Shown piece after piece: positions 13,440 through 26,569 of a stretch of 64,000 nt of DNA. The stretch comes from the human T2T-CHM13v2.0 reference genome, Homo sapiens, in the NCBI RefSeq assembly GCF_009914755.1, contig NC_060925.1; one strand, given 5' to 3'. Each line of letters opens with the position of its first letter. Position 1 is the first letter of the stretch. A program made the translations under genes and the position numbers. The notes under the pieces were generated by a model, which searched no databases, was not told the origin of the DNA, and worked only from the letters and a program-made list of their open reading frames with translations.

Positions 13440-13456
13440 CTGCTCAGGCCAGAAAA

Positions 13457-14358
13457 GGAAGACAAATAATCTAATTAGTAATAGGCAAAGGACGTGAATA
13501 GACCTTTCTCCCAGATATACAAATGGCCTGCAAGCCCCTGAAAAGATGCTTGGCATCATTTATCATCAGGGAAATATATAAAGCAAAACCACAGTGAGAT
13601 GTTACTTGATACCCACTACCATGGCTATAATCAAAAAGACAGGATAACAGCAAAGGTTAGTGAAGATGCAGAGAAACGGAAACCCTCATACACTGCACAT
13701 GAGAATGCAAAATGGTAGCTTTGGAAAACACTCTGGAAGTTCCTCAAAGGGTTAAACGTAGAGTTTTCATGTTCCCAATTAGAGTTACCATATTAACAGT
13801 CCTACTCCTAGGTATCTACCCAAGATAAATGAACATGTATGTTCAACAAAAACTTGTTCACAAATATTCACAGCAGCATTGTTCATAATAGCCAAAAAAT
13901 GGAAACAACTCACACGTCTATCAATAAAATATCCAGACAATGGAACATGACTCCACAATAAAGTACTACATGCTACAACATGGATGAACCTTTCCACAAT
14001 AAAGTACTGATACCTGCTACAACATGGATGAGCCTTGAATACGTTACGCTAAGCGAGAAGCCAATCACAAAGACCACATGTATGATTCCATGGATATGAG
14101 ATGCCCAGAAGAGGCAAATCCACAGAGACAGAGTCGATTTGTGGTTGCCTAGGGCTAAGAGGATTGGAGGGAACTGGAGAGTCACTGCTAATGGGTAGGA
14201 GTTTCTTCTGGGGTGATAAAAATGCTCTAAAATTGACACCATGCTAGTTGCACAACTCTGTAAAGAGACTGAAAACCACTGAACTGTATGTACACTTTAA
14301 CTGGGTGAATTTCATCACAGGTGAATTACACCTCAATAATGCTGATATTTTAAAAAAA
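13457..14358 (+). mobile_element. L1 3' end (L1MB-like), 5'-truncated next to the SMYD3 exon acceptor
   Basis: gacaaataatctaatt...ggcaaaggacgtgaatagac...gcaaaaccacagtgagat...ttctggggtgataaaaatgctctaaaattg...cctcaataa. Contains an internal ~41-bp duplication at 13952-14036. Confidence 0.88.
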
Positions 14359-14681
14359 CAGAAGAATAGGATAAATAGTTATTTGTTAGGAGACCTACAG
14401 CTAAAACCTTATTAAGTATAAAGTACAACTACACCCATGTGACCCAATTCTGACTTCCACCTAAACTAAAAACAAAATCCCCCAACACTGAAAAAATTCA
14501 AAAGAAAATTATGAGCTACCATGTATGAAATGTCTGCCCTCCTATTCAGTAAGCAGGTCCTCTGCTTCCGGTTGGCCAGTGTACGTCTGGCATCTAGCAC
14601 AGTGCCTGGCACATAGTAGTTGCTTACTCAGCACTTGTTGAATGAATGACTGAAAACCACATGTGTGCACAATGCTGAAGG

Positions 14682-14796
14682 CTTTACTGATATTTACTGA
14701 TATTGATATTTACTGATATTTACTGATATCGTCTTATCTTCACATAGCTCTTCTATGTATGTAAGTATCTTCACATAGCTCTTCTATGTATGTAAG
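14682..14796. repeat. Compound short tandem repeats: (tttactgata)n followed by 2 x 31 bp
   Basis: tttactgata is repeated about 4 times. tatcttcacatagctcttctatgtatgtaag occurs exactly at 14735 and 14766. Confidence 0.9.
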
Positions 14797-14805
14797 ATCA
14801 AATCC

Positions 14806-15013
14806 CATGGGGTAACACAGGCAGGGAGTGGAAGAAGTCTACCCTGGGTCAGGCAATGAGAGGGCACACTGTCTATAGAATACTAAAAAATAATAATAAA
14901 AACCAATGAAAAGTAGGTCTGATGTTTATTATGTGCAACAATTCAGAGGTGAAATATTCTTCTTCCCCCCAGGTCAGAGGGTGTCTAACATCTTTCTCCC
15001 TAATATATCACTG
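14806..15013. mobile_element. hAT-type DNA transposon relic (subfamily uncertain)
   Basis: ccctgggtcaggcaatgagagggcacactgtctatagaat...aataataaaaaccaatgaaaagtaggtctg resembles a recalled hAT MER consensus. Confidence 0.4.
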
Positions 15014-15207
15014 ATCATACCCAGTTTATACATGACAAAACTGAGACTCAGATTAAGTGACTTACCTGACAATCACTAGCCTGGAACCAAAATTTCAGCC
15101 CAGGTCTGTTTGATTCCAAAAGGCTATCTTCTTGTCAAATATTACTCTGTTTGCCACAGATACTGCTATGGTCTTTTCAGCATGCTCAGCAAGTCCTGCT
15201 TATTTAA

Positions 15208-15409
15208 AGCTGCACTAATAGGTAGCCACCAGCCAGGTTTGGCTATTTCAATTTAAATTAATTCAAACAATAAAAAACTCAGTTCCTCAGCTGCAGCAGC
15301 CACATTCCAAGAAGCTAATAGCCGCATGCGGCTGTGGCTACCACACTGAACAACCCAGATACAGAACAGTTCACTATGTCATTGCAGAAAGTCCTGTTGG
15401 ACAGTGCTG
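15208..15409 (-). mobile_element. MER3 (hAT-Charlie) MITE
   Basis: ggtagccaccagcc...ggctatttcaatttaaattaatt...ctcagttcctcag...gcagaaagtcctgttggacagtgctg. Confidence 0.8.
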
Positions 15410-16005
15410 CTTTCAGGTGGCTAGTCAAAGGGTAAGCACTCTTAGAAGACACTATTCAAAACCAGGTGTTCACTATCCATGAGACTTTCAACGGGTGTCA
15501 GAGACAAGAACCACCCTAGGAAGTTACATGAAAGCAGGGCCAGTGTGGAGGTGACATAAGGGTGAGGAACGAGGGACATTTTCATACTCTAGACATCCCC
15601 CTGGAGACTGTCATGTGCCCGTTGAAGGAGGTTTATAGAACGACCCCATGAGAACCACTGCCAGAGTCAGTCTGTGTTTTTGGGAAGAAGAAATATCACT
15701 CAAGTGTGCCAGGGCAGAAACAAAGGGAGGGGCAGAGCACCACGAACCACAGAAAACAGATCCTGAGACTCTCCTTCTGAGGCTGGGGCAGTGGGTGTGT
15801 GTATGAGGAGATGGGAGCACTTGTGTCTGCAAAATTGGGCTTTGTGGGCCTCTGTGTGTATGTGCTGTGTGTCTGTGTGATATAGTAGAGTGGATTTTAA
15901 AAAGACACCATAGGTGCACTTTTTTTTTTTAATTCTAAATACATCCCTAACTTTCTGTACATGGAGGAGGGAGGAGATAAAATGCCCTTAAGAAGGTAAA
16001 CAACA

Positions 16006-16358
<353 letters not shown>

Positions 16359-16529
16359 CTAAAGATCACCTCCCTCTCCTGCTCCAAAGCCTTCAGCAAC
16401 TTCCCACTGCCTCCCAGATCAAGCTCACCCATTAGATCTTAACAATCATGGTCATTCCTGATTGAATGTTCCAGTTTTACATTTCACAACTGGCAGCTTA
16501 AACCCTAGATCTAAGCAAAATGTTAGTCT

Positions 16530-16975
16530 CTATGGTAAGCAGAATAATGGATCCCCAAAGATGTCCACATCCTGCTCTCCAAACCTGTGAATATGTTAGG
16601 CCACGTTGCAAAGGGGAATTAAGTTGTAGATGGGATTAAGGTTGCTAATCAGCTGACCTTAAAATAGCTGAGAGTATCCCGGACTTTCCAGGTGGGTCCA
16701 ATATAATTACAAGGGTCCTTAGAAGTAGAAGAGGGAGGCAAAAGAGGAGGTCAGGGTGATGTGCTGTGAGAAGAACTTAACCAGAAGCTGGCAAAGGCAA
16801 GGAACCAGTCCCCTGGAGTTTCCAGAAAGGAAGGCAGCCTTGCCCACACCTTGATTTTGGCCTTCTGAGACTTGGGTCAGGCTTCTGGCCTACAGAACTC
16901 TAAAATAATAAATCTGAGTTGTTTTGAGATGCTATATTTATGATCAATTGTTACAGCAGCCACAGAAAATGTAGT
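16530..16975 (+). mobile_element. MLT1 (MaLR) solo LTR
   Basis: tggtaagcagaataatgg...cccaaagatgtccacatc...gacaccttgatt-like...aataaatctgagttgttt...ttgttacagcagccacagaaa. Confidence 0.85.
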
Positions 16976-17051
16976 CCCTAACATACCTTCTGCTCCTCTG
17001 GCCACTGGGGCTCTTTGTGCCTGGCCCTCTCTGTACCTGGAATTACTTAGA

Positions 17052-17198
17052 TCACTCATTTATTCCATTAACACTTACTGAGTACCTAACCAGGCACTGT
17101 TCTAGGCAGTAGGGATAGAGCAGTAAATAAATCAGATAATCATGGTGTTCATACTGAAGAGGCAGGTGGAACACACGGCAAGAGAAGATATGTGCATG

Positions 17199-17239
<41 letters not shown>

Positions 17240-17480
17240 TTTGTTGGGAGAAAAACAAGGAAGAGGGATGGGGAATACTGGCACCAGGGAGTTCATTTTA
17301 AACAGGATGATCGGGGAAGGTCTCACCAAAGTGATATTTGAGTAAAGCTCATTTAAAGGAGGTGAAGGAGTAGGAGACAGCAGTTCCAGGAAGAGTGGAG
17401 GGCAAGTGCGGACGCAGAAGCATGCCTGAATGTTCCAGGAACATGAGGCCAGCATGGCCAGAGCTTGTGGACTGCAGTGT
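17052..17480 (-). mobile_element. L2 3' end with an embedded (GC)n(CA)n microsatellite at 17196-17238
   Basis: cactcatttattccattaacacttactgagtacct...ccaggcactgttctagg is the L2 tail in reverse orientation. A CA run is embedded. Confidence 0.75.
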
Positions 17481-17669
17481 GTGCACGTCATATCTTCCCC
17501 ACTTAACTGTAAGCTCTTTAGAGCTGAATATAGGTCTTATTCTTCTTTGATCCTGCCTCTCCCAAATATCTAGCACAGTCTTATATTTAACAAATGCTCT
17601 GCTGAATGTCTATAGCATGGATCTGGAAGAAGTGAACTAACTTGGTAATGATTTGATGTCTCTTGTGTT

Positions 17670-17850
17670 TATTTCAGTTATTCCTCACAACATCTTTGAA
17701 AGGCACCAATACTTGTTATTTACAGATGAGGTGCAAGATAATCCTGAAGCTTACATAATTGGTCCAAATGTCCTTCTACCCCTAATTGCCGAGGTAGGAT
17801 TCAAACCCAGGTCTGTCTGGCTCCAAAGCCCATGCTCTTTCTAGTACCTT
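17670..17850 (-). mobile_element. MIR
   Basis: tcctcacaac...tttacagatgagg...ggattcaaacccaggtctgtctggctccaaagccc. Confidence 0.7.
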
Positions 17851-20800
17851 CATGCTTCAATTTGATTTCTCTCCTGGACTTGCTTAAAAGGTGAAACTCA
17901 TATCTGAGTTAATCAATTCAAAATATCTTCACCCTTGTTTCCTAAGCTCTATCTAGTACTAGCAATTCTAAGAGGAGAGTAAAATCCTCCAACATAGAAC
18001 CCACAGCAGATCTCGTATTCTTCTATCAAGCAGGGTGAGACCGCAGCCCAGGGCAGAACAATTTCATATGGGAATTACAGTCACAACTAAATTTGCCACC
18101 AGTGAACGTAACCTGATTAGCTGTTCTTTTAGGTTGATCCTAAGCCTTTATTTGCTTAACAGAAGAGCAAGCAAGCTTTGAAACTGCTCCTAAACATTTA
18201 GAAATGATACCTCTGAGAGCATTTTATATTGGAGCTAGACAAAGCTACACTCACTAATAGCTATCACCTCCCTGGAGTGTTCCACTACGGTAACTGCCTC
18301 TCAGGTTCCAACTTCCCCTGACCCTACCCATCCCACTGTGGCTGCTACTCACAATTATGTCTACACTGGGTCTGTCACGTCTCCCCTCTCTCCACACCAG
18401 GCTGGAGGAAAACATTCAGTTGCACAGGTGTATAAACAGGACAGAAACAGAAAAACTACTTAGGGAAGCATAATTTTAATCTTCTACTTTCCTAATTTGC
18501 AAATAGAAGAGTAAATTACTGTTTTTTATCACAGTCCCTGAGGTATAAAATTAGTAAATTTATATCCTTATTTCCATTATTTCATATCCAAACACAAAGA
18601 CACTTGATATAATTCAGGACAAAGTTATTCAGGAAAAAAAAAATCTCTTTGAATTTTACTTTTACCACATAAAAGGAGCTTGAATGGGTGAGTCCTGGAA
18701 TTTTTTTTTAGGGGATGGAAACATTCATTTTACATTCATTTAAACATCAAATATACTATTGCTGGATTTTCTACAAATGCTAAAAAGAATTCAGCCTAGA
18801 AGCAGAAGGATTCCTAAGAAAGCTGACTTTCCTGGGAAATGATCGAGAGAATGAAGAACCTGCTGGTTCCAGCGCTGGTGGCATCTCTGCCCTGACCCAC
18901 TGCATGACCCCGGGCAAGTCTTCCTTTTCCTGGCCCTCACCTTCCTCACCTGCAGAAGGAGCAGCTAGTCTGGATGGCTGCTATGTAACCACTCTAGTGA
19001 TTTCAGCAGTGCAGAACCAATTTAGCTCCATCTCTGGTGACTGCTCTTTTGCACAGCCCCGGAGAAGTCCTTCAAAAGCCTGTCTTTATTTTAAACAGTA
19101 CAATCGTAGAGCTAGTTTATGAAAGACAGAACTGTGCCGTTGTTCTCAGGTAAGAACGAGTCTCATTTGTCCATTCTCTCTCTGACCGCACAAGCCCCTT
19201 GAATACCGCCCTCCCAGTTCACCCACCCCATTCTTTCCCCTCACAGCTCCACCCCAAAATCCTACCCACGCCCATCTCTGACTTCACTGCACCCACTCTT
19301 CCAACTAAAATCGCCATCCTGTGGCTTCTGTCAGGACTCAGCGTGTTTTCTGCTGTTTCCTCGGCTCACCACTCCATTTAAGTCTTTGGCTTTCTTCCCG
19401 TTTGTCCTTTTGGGACACAGCCCCTGCTGTACTCTATCAGGAAACCTTCTCTGGTTCTGCCTTCTGGGTTAGCCTGGCCCTCCAGGCCCCTCTGCACAGC
19501 CCCTAGCCCTGAACTGACACGAATGGTTTCCTGGATTGCCTCCCCAGGTATCCTCAGAACGCCCTGAGGGACCGTGACCTCATCATAGCTGTATTCCCAG
19601 TGCCTGCAAGGTAAATCACTCGGTAAATATTTGGTGATAGAGTGAATGAGAAGTGATCTTCCACAACCCATGGGCGACAGTATTACAAGAATAAAATACC
19701 TTAACTCCACCACAACAAAGAGAATCCCAACCAAGACAACAGGTTGTTCCTTTCACAGCACACGTCTACCTTGACTCTAATATTACTACACTAAGATCAG
19801 ATACGTTCCCACCGCAGCTGTGGGTATTTGTCAAATACTACAGCTGGCATTGGTCATCATTTAGAGCCTAAGTGTGACACCCTCCCCCAGCACAGGAAAC
19901 CCCACGCCGGCTCCGGACCCACGCTTTCTGACAATCGCGTCAAGGGTTATTTGGGGAGTGGGCTCGCTTACCTCTCCTGGCTTCTACCTCAAACACCATC
20001 CTGAGATTCTAATGGCGCTCTTGGCCCAGAGGTCCCTCGCTCCATCTATCCCTGCATGAATCAGTGAGGCCACCTACATTCCTTCATCCATAGCTGCTGA
20101 ATCAATACCCCAGGATCATTTCCTTAACTGTAAAAATAGGTACCAGATGATATGAGATCATCTCACCACCACATAAAAGGGTATCACTCAACACGGTTAC
20201 ATTCAATTGGCCAAACGCTTCCTTTGGGTTTCGGAGTGGGAAGTTTACCTGCCAGATACCAGTAGTCACTGTGAATTACAAAGCTACGTTTCTTCCATAG
20301 GGAAAGTTTGGAGTCCAGCCAGGCTAGCTGAGTATAAACTTGAGAAAGTGACCACGGGCTCTGTCAGGTTAAACATCACACGAATCCATCCAGACCCACC
20401 TTGCAGCTCGAACACTTGAACAGATGTGTTCACTTAGCTTGCAAGCGTTTGATGTTGAAACTCGTATGCTGGGCCAATTTCAGATGGTTCTCATTAAAAA
20501 GAAGAGGAACAGGAGAAAGGTAATCTGCTTCCCAGTACTTCCTGTTATCCAGTACTCATGCAAACTCTAATTAGATTGAAGAGAGATGGAGTATAGGATG
20601 AAAAATAAAAAATTAATGAACACTTACAAACTTTTCCAGTAATTCAATAATTCATGTCTTAAACGGAAGAAAGGTTTTTAGTTTTAGTTTTTAAAGTAGA
20701 ATGAGGTTCAAATACAGTGTCTGCACTCAGGAGAGAGATTGGAAAGTCTTGAAATTAAAAATTCTGAGGTAATTTGCAGTGTCTTTGACTGAGGTAGTCT

Positions 20801-21872
20801 GGTTGGGGCAATATACTGGGACTAGATTAATATACAACATCATTCAAAACCTTTATGATTAAAAGGAGACATCTGTGCTGGAACCAATTTCCACCTCCTT
20901 TGACAAAAACAACTGAAAGCAGTTCAGATGTAACTTGAGGGGAAAAGTGGCTCTTTCATAAAGCGGAAAAATAGTGGCTAAAAATAGAGCATTCACTGTT
21001 ATATCAACTACAGACCAGTCAGTGGACATTATAGGCTGGGGAATAAGGAAAAGGAAGGAATGTTCTCAGGTTGAAGCACGATCAAATTGTAGTATGTTCT
21101 AATTAGCAATTAATCAGCAAATGTACACAACGATTAACAGAAATTAGTGAAAAAGAATGCCGGGCTTGGAGCCATAAGATGTGGAACTGAATCCCTGCTG
21201 CATATCCCTGCTGCCGAGCTGTGTAGTCTTGGCAAGTCCTTCAACCTTCCAGAGGCCCAATTTCTTCAGTGGTAACGATTCTCTAAGGAGATTCACCTTC
21301 TCATCTTTTCCTCTGCACCCTCTAGAGTTACTTACGTCCTAAATGTCACAGTGGCCCGAGTTTTCAATCCCCACCCTACAGGGCGGGGACCAACAGGAGG
21401 CTGACTAGAGTCAGCTTTGTTTGGTGGGAAAGAAAAAAATGGTGGAGGAGGGAGCACATTACAATGTAATCAACAACCAACTATGCTGTGACCCCACATC
21501 TCTGCACATCCCATTCCCTTTGCCGGGAAGGCTCTTCCTCAACGTAGTCATCCAAGCAAACTTCTCTGATCCACCACAAACCACACCAAACAGCCTCTGA
21601 CATCCACAGGCACAATCCCTGTGCACTTCCCACTGGCTTTCATGATGCTTGCTCTACTGCCTGGCGGCAATGAGCGTAACTGTGATGCAGATGAAAAGCA
21701 TGTCTTCCAGATGCTGTCATCAGCCCACAGATGAAGTAAAATTGGCTTTAAAAGGTTATTTTTTCATCTATTTCATGAAATTGTGGGATCTCAGTGCCTT
21801 TAACAGATGTCCACAAGCAGGATGTAGCAGGGCTCTGAATTGTGAGTCCAAGCAGCTGCTTGCATCCTCGCA

Positions 21873-22047
21873 AGAGCCCAAAGTTCCCGCCTCCTGCTGC
21901 TTCACCCATCTCCTGAGCTGGCCGACCCCAGGATGGATGTCCTCTTCTCAGATGAGAGAGCCCAGAGTTCCCGCCTTCTTCTCCTTCACCGGCCTCCCTG
22001 AGCTGGCCGACCCCAGGATGGATGTCCTCTTCTCAGATGAGAGAGCC
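21873..22047. repeat. Tandem duplication, 2 x ~85 bp
   Basis: cctgagctggccgaccccaggatggatgtcctcttctcagatgagagagcc is identical in both copies. The 5' halves are diverged. Confidence 0.9.
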
Positions 22048-25000
22048 TTCTCCCGTCGGGCAGCCCCGTCACTCCCTTGGATCCAACTGAGGAGCACTTG
22101 GGCAACCAGGGGCTGTGAGCCCAATCCAAACAAAAATGCTCGTGGTGAGGAGAAGTCATCAAACAGCTGAAGCCACTGGCAGCTCTGTTCCATTTCACTT
22201 TACATTCCCACCGTCGCTGCCAGCATTTGCCAAATGCCCATTTAGCTTTAGATCTCAGGCAGAAACAGGGCTCTCCTGCAACTACAAATTTCCACAAACC
22301 ACACATTCAAACCAACTGCGATTTCAAGGTTCAATCTCCAGCTACACAGAATTGCCAGAAGGAAGGGGATATTCCCTTCATAGCTTCTGGGAAACGGAGC
22401 ACAGCCTTGAAGGTATGAAGTCAGAACTTCTAGAACCACCAAAGGCCTTTTCCGGCTACAGCCTCAACACCTCCCCTCCCTCTGTGTGGGGGTGTTCCCA
22501 TCCCAGTGAATAAAACTGCTTCTCAGAGAAATAAGCTTATTTGCTTATATAAAATCAAGTCAACCTGGAGAGAATAAAAACAGCATCTACACGTTGAGGG
22601 CAGTTTGAGAGCCTACCTCTTGTCAGTGGTGCTTGCTAAAAATGAGCCTTCTGTAGAAAAGCATTTTGTAGAAAACTAGCATGATGGGCTGATATACAAG
22701 GCAGTTAAACACACATGAATACATTTAGGAAGGAGACACTTGCTTGCACCCTCCCCCCATACTGGAAAGGTATGTTCCTGATGTAATAACATATAATGGG
22801 GATTAGATGACACAGAGGGCTATGAGCTCCACTTGCAAATGCACATTCAGACAAATTCTTTTCACATCTGTAGAGAGACTACCAAATGGATGGCTTAGGC
22901 TGCTGTAAGCCCATACTCACAACTCCTACCCAAGTCCTGCCAATACTGTTGTGTAAACGCTACCAGGTGGGAGGTTTGAGATTCTGGGAAAAATGCAAAG
23001 ATTTTACAGGAAAATTGTTCTCCTGACAATAGCCATTAAGATAAAGTACACCTCCAAAGTTCAGGGTGAGTTTTGTCTTAATGAAGACCAAAGCTGCAGC
23101 CCTCATCTCCTTTAATCGGCCACATCTCCATCTTTTGTATTTTCTTCTTTGAGGACAGATGCTCTCATTCTCCTCTGCCAACAGAGATAAAAATGCTTTA
23201 AGCTGCCGCAGAACAGATTCAAGTGAGGTTTAAAGGGCAGTGTCCCGAAGGCGAAGGTTATAGGATAACCTAGATGTGGCCACTCCAGAGACATTCAGAC
23301 ATGGGATGAATGATAGCTTGATTTGGGTTCTGTGCTGTTGGCATGTAAGACTGTGTGACAGGCAGCACTACGGAAGTGGAACTAAGGAGGCCGGGCCCTG
23401 GTACCAGCTCTGCCACTGGCCAGCTGTGAGGCCTAGAGTCTAACAGTGCCTCCTGGCTCCGCTTGCCCAGGTGAGAACTTCATTAGGGTTACCACTGACA
23501 TGGAAACTAATCCTTCCACTCCATTAGTCGCCTATGTGTAAAGTATATGTTGTCCATGAAAAGAGACCTGAAATTCTGATAGGAAGGTTGCTGGGGTTTG
23601 TGATTGTGCAACAAATTGTAAATGCCTTTGTTCTGATTTGTCCCTCCTTCATTCTATTTTAAACTGAGTTTTCTCAAGTATAAACAACCCCAGCCATAGC
23701 ACAGAGAGTCTACAGGACTGAAGACAACACTCAACATGGTACTACCTTCTGCCAAACCAAGAATTTGACAATGGTTATTTAATTCACACATTCCCTCTAA
23801 CATTTGTATGTATAATGATTATAACAGGCAATATTCCAAGCTTGGGTAAACATGGTATTTGCTTATCTGCTAAAGCGAGCACATCAGATTATCTAATCTG
23901 TGGTTCTGAATTAAAGGAATAGTTTAGCTGGGGTCCACAATGACAGCTTCACATAACAAGTCCCTGAGACACAAGTCTAGACATAGCTTTTTAGGAGGCA
24001 ATCTTACGGGTCATCTAAAGAAATGATTTATTTTGACATTAGAACCTCTCTCTTAACATCAGTTAATGGAGGGTTCCATAGCGTCCCCTAAGTCTTCAGA
24101 GTTGGGCTGCAGAAATTATCCCGTTCTACAAACACTTCATAAGGCAGCACTGAAATCCTTAGACCATGTGTCACACAAGCCAAAAGTTCAAAAGAAACAT
24201 GTCGCTGTTCGAGGGAAAGAAATTACTTTAATCTCTCAGCCTTTAAAAAAAAATTCTAGAATTGTATTTTGTATCTCACTGGAAAAAAAGCCAGTGTTCC
24301 TCCAATTATTCTAAAACAAAAAAAGAAAAGTCTGTAGTCTGTGAATCAATCCATACAGAGATCTGTCCCTTGAAGCTGGAGGGTGGGTCACCCCAGAGGG
24401 CAGTCACTTGGCCTAAAGGTCTGGTGAGGAGAACACTACTTTGTAAAGTTTGGGAGGAGAGAGGGGTGACCAGATTCCATGGTACAGCTCTTTTGTGCCT
24501 CACCTCGTATCCATGAGACAGACTACACAAAATCACCAGGACTTAGACGCTCCTGCAAGCAGCTCTGCAGCCATGGAAGTGAAGTGCTGGCTGACGGCAC
24601 GGCGAGCCGCTTCCTGGCACGCCAACAGAAAGCACATGTCTGCATTTTTGATTCCAGTAAACTCCAGGCTGGCTCTCAGCCAGAGGACCTCTTTGTAATG
24701 TCAAAGATAAAAGTACTGGCCATGTTTGGCACCCTGCCTCCACCTCCATTCTCTTGTAACCGTCTCATAAACCAAGCATGCATTACTGTTAACAGAGTCT
24801 TCCAGACAAAGGTCTGACGGAGCTTCATAAACATTAGCAGATGACGATCAGACAGGTCCCTACTGCACAGGAAGGAAAGGAGGTACAGGGAGGGGCAAGT
24901 GATTTCACTCAGAACATGCTGGAAATTGTGGGGAGAGCTGGAAATAGATATTCAACTATATACTCAGAATACTCCTACTACCAGAGAACTGCTCACTGAG

Positions 25001-25811
25001 CCGCCTGAGTCGTGCACATCTTCCATTAGAACCTGGCATGTGGGCAACATCAAACCTCAAATCTGTCCCCAGCAGTATAGGTATCATCTTTATATTGATA
25101 TCTGATGAAGTTCCTCAAATTTGGATGTTCAAAATGGCTTTTTGAGTATACAAGATGATATAATGCTTCTCATACCCCTAATATTCTTCCTCTTGCCCAA
25201 GGGAATGCTACGATGCCAGTCACAGAAGATTTAGGAAATGATTACCTTTTGATTAGTTTTTGTTTTCATTTTGGGTCATACTCATTGTGGGCCAAAATTA
25301 CACAGCCCTAGCTGTTTGCCTTTACCATTTCTGTTTTACTTTCCATTTAACTTTTGAGACTACTCTGAAAGTAAGATTTTAAGGTTTGTAAATGCTTACC
25401 AACTAAAATACGCAAGGATTTCTTTTCTGGAGGTAAACAAACTTACAAATCCCTCTTGCTCTGTGCAAGAACAAGGGGTACCCAGACCTTCATTCAGAGG
25501 ACTTAATATGAGAAAGTCCCAGGTCTTCATCACCAGTGGAAGCTGGATAGCTCTGGATGTGCTTTTTAAAATATGTATCAGAGGCTTTAATTCACTCCAG
25601 AGGGCTGCAGAGAGCTTACTTCCTCCCCTATGCTACCAAGAGTGTGCAAACACACAGATACCCACAGACATGCCCACATACACACACATCCCAGGAATAT
25701 GCTTTAAGGGATACTGAGGGCTCCGACTTTCCCTCAAACTGCAGACCTGTTGTTCCTCCAGCTTTGTCTCTCCTCTTTGCTGTAAGGGCCTAGTAAGGTA
25801 AGGTGGGTATA

Positions 25812-25962
25812 TACTTAGAATCACCTCAGGAGCTGTTAAGAATACAGACCGGGTTCCATCGAGGCAAATGATATCAGCATCTCTTGGGGGCAGGCAGATA
25901 CCGGTATCTTTTCTAAGCTCCCCAGGTGATTCCAATGCACAGTCTGGGCCAAGGACCATCAG
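25812..25962. mobile_element. MER5-type (hAT-Charlie) element
   Basis: ttagaatcacct...atcagcatctct...aagctccccaggtgattccaatgcacag...ggacca. Confidence 0.75.
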
Positions 25963-26372
25963 CGTGGCCTTTGCCGCCTCAGCCATTGCTCCGAATCTCT
26001 GCGATCATGCTGTCACTCTTCGTGCCGACATGGTTAAGACTTGCTGCAAGTATTGATGGTTTTGCTTTTCTTTTTTCTTGTCTGCTCAATCTACAGTTCT
26101 GTCTCCCATGTTCTCTGCTTTTGCACAAATAGTTTATTTACAATAGACACAAAAGTGACCAAGTCTGTGGCACTACGGGGAATAAATCTCATGCCCTTCA
26201 GGTGCTCTTTAGCTCAATATATGACAACATCTCCCCAGTGCACTCCAGGGCCAGGTACTGGATCTGAGAAGACACAGCTGAGATGTGGCCTCAGCTTACA
26301 TTCCAGTGGTTGAAACGGCCAAACAAATGTATCATTTCTAAATACCGCACATGATAACAGAGAGGTAAGCCC

Positions 26373-26569
26373 TGGGGCTATGGGAGCATAGAGGCAGAGC
26401 CCTCTGCCTGGCCAGGATTTAGGGAAAATGTCCTGGAGAAGAGGATGCATGAGTGCAGGCTTGGAGGCTATGGGAGCACAGAGGCAGAGCCCTCTGCCTG
26501 GCCGGGATTTAGGGAAAATGTCCCGGAGAAGAGGATGCATGAGTTCAGGCTTGGAGGCTATGGAAGCAT
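26373..26569. repeat. Tandem repeat, ~2.2 x 90 bp, each full unit containing an 18-nt inverted repeat
   Basis: ggctatgg.agca occurs at 26376, 26466 and 26556. AGGCAGAG-cc-CTCTGCCT is present in each full unit. Confidence 0.92.

Noticed and set aside
21649-22170. Longest ORF in the track (173 aa)
   Set aside because: It has a non-ATG start, spans the 85-bp duplication, has no recognisable domain and is antisense within an intron.
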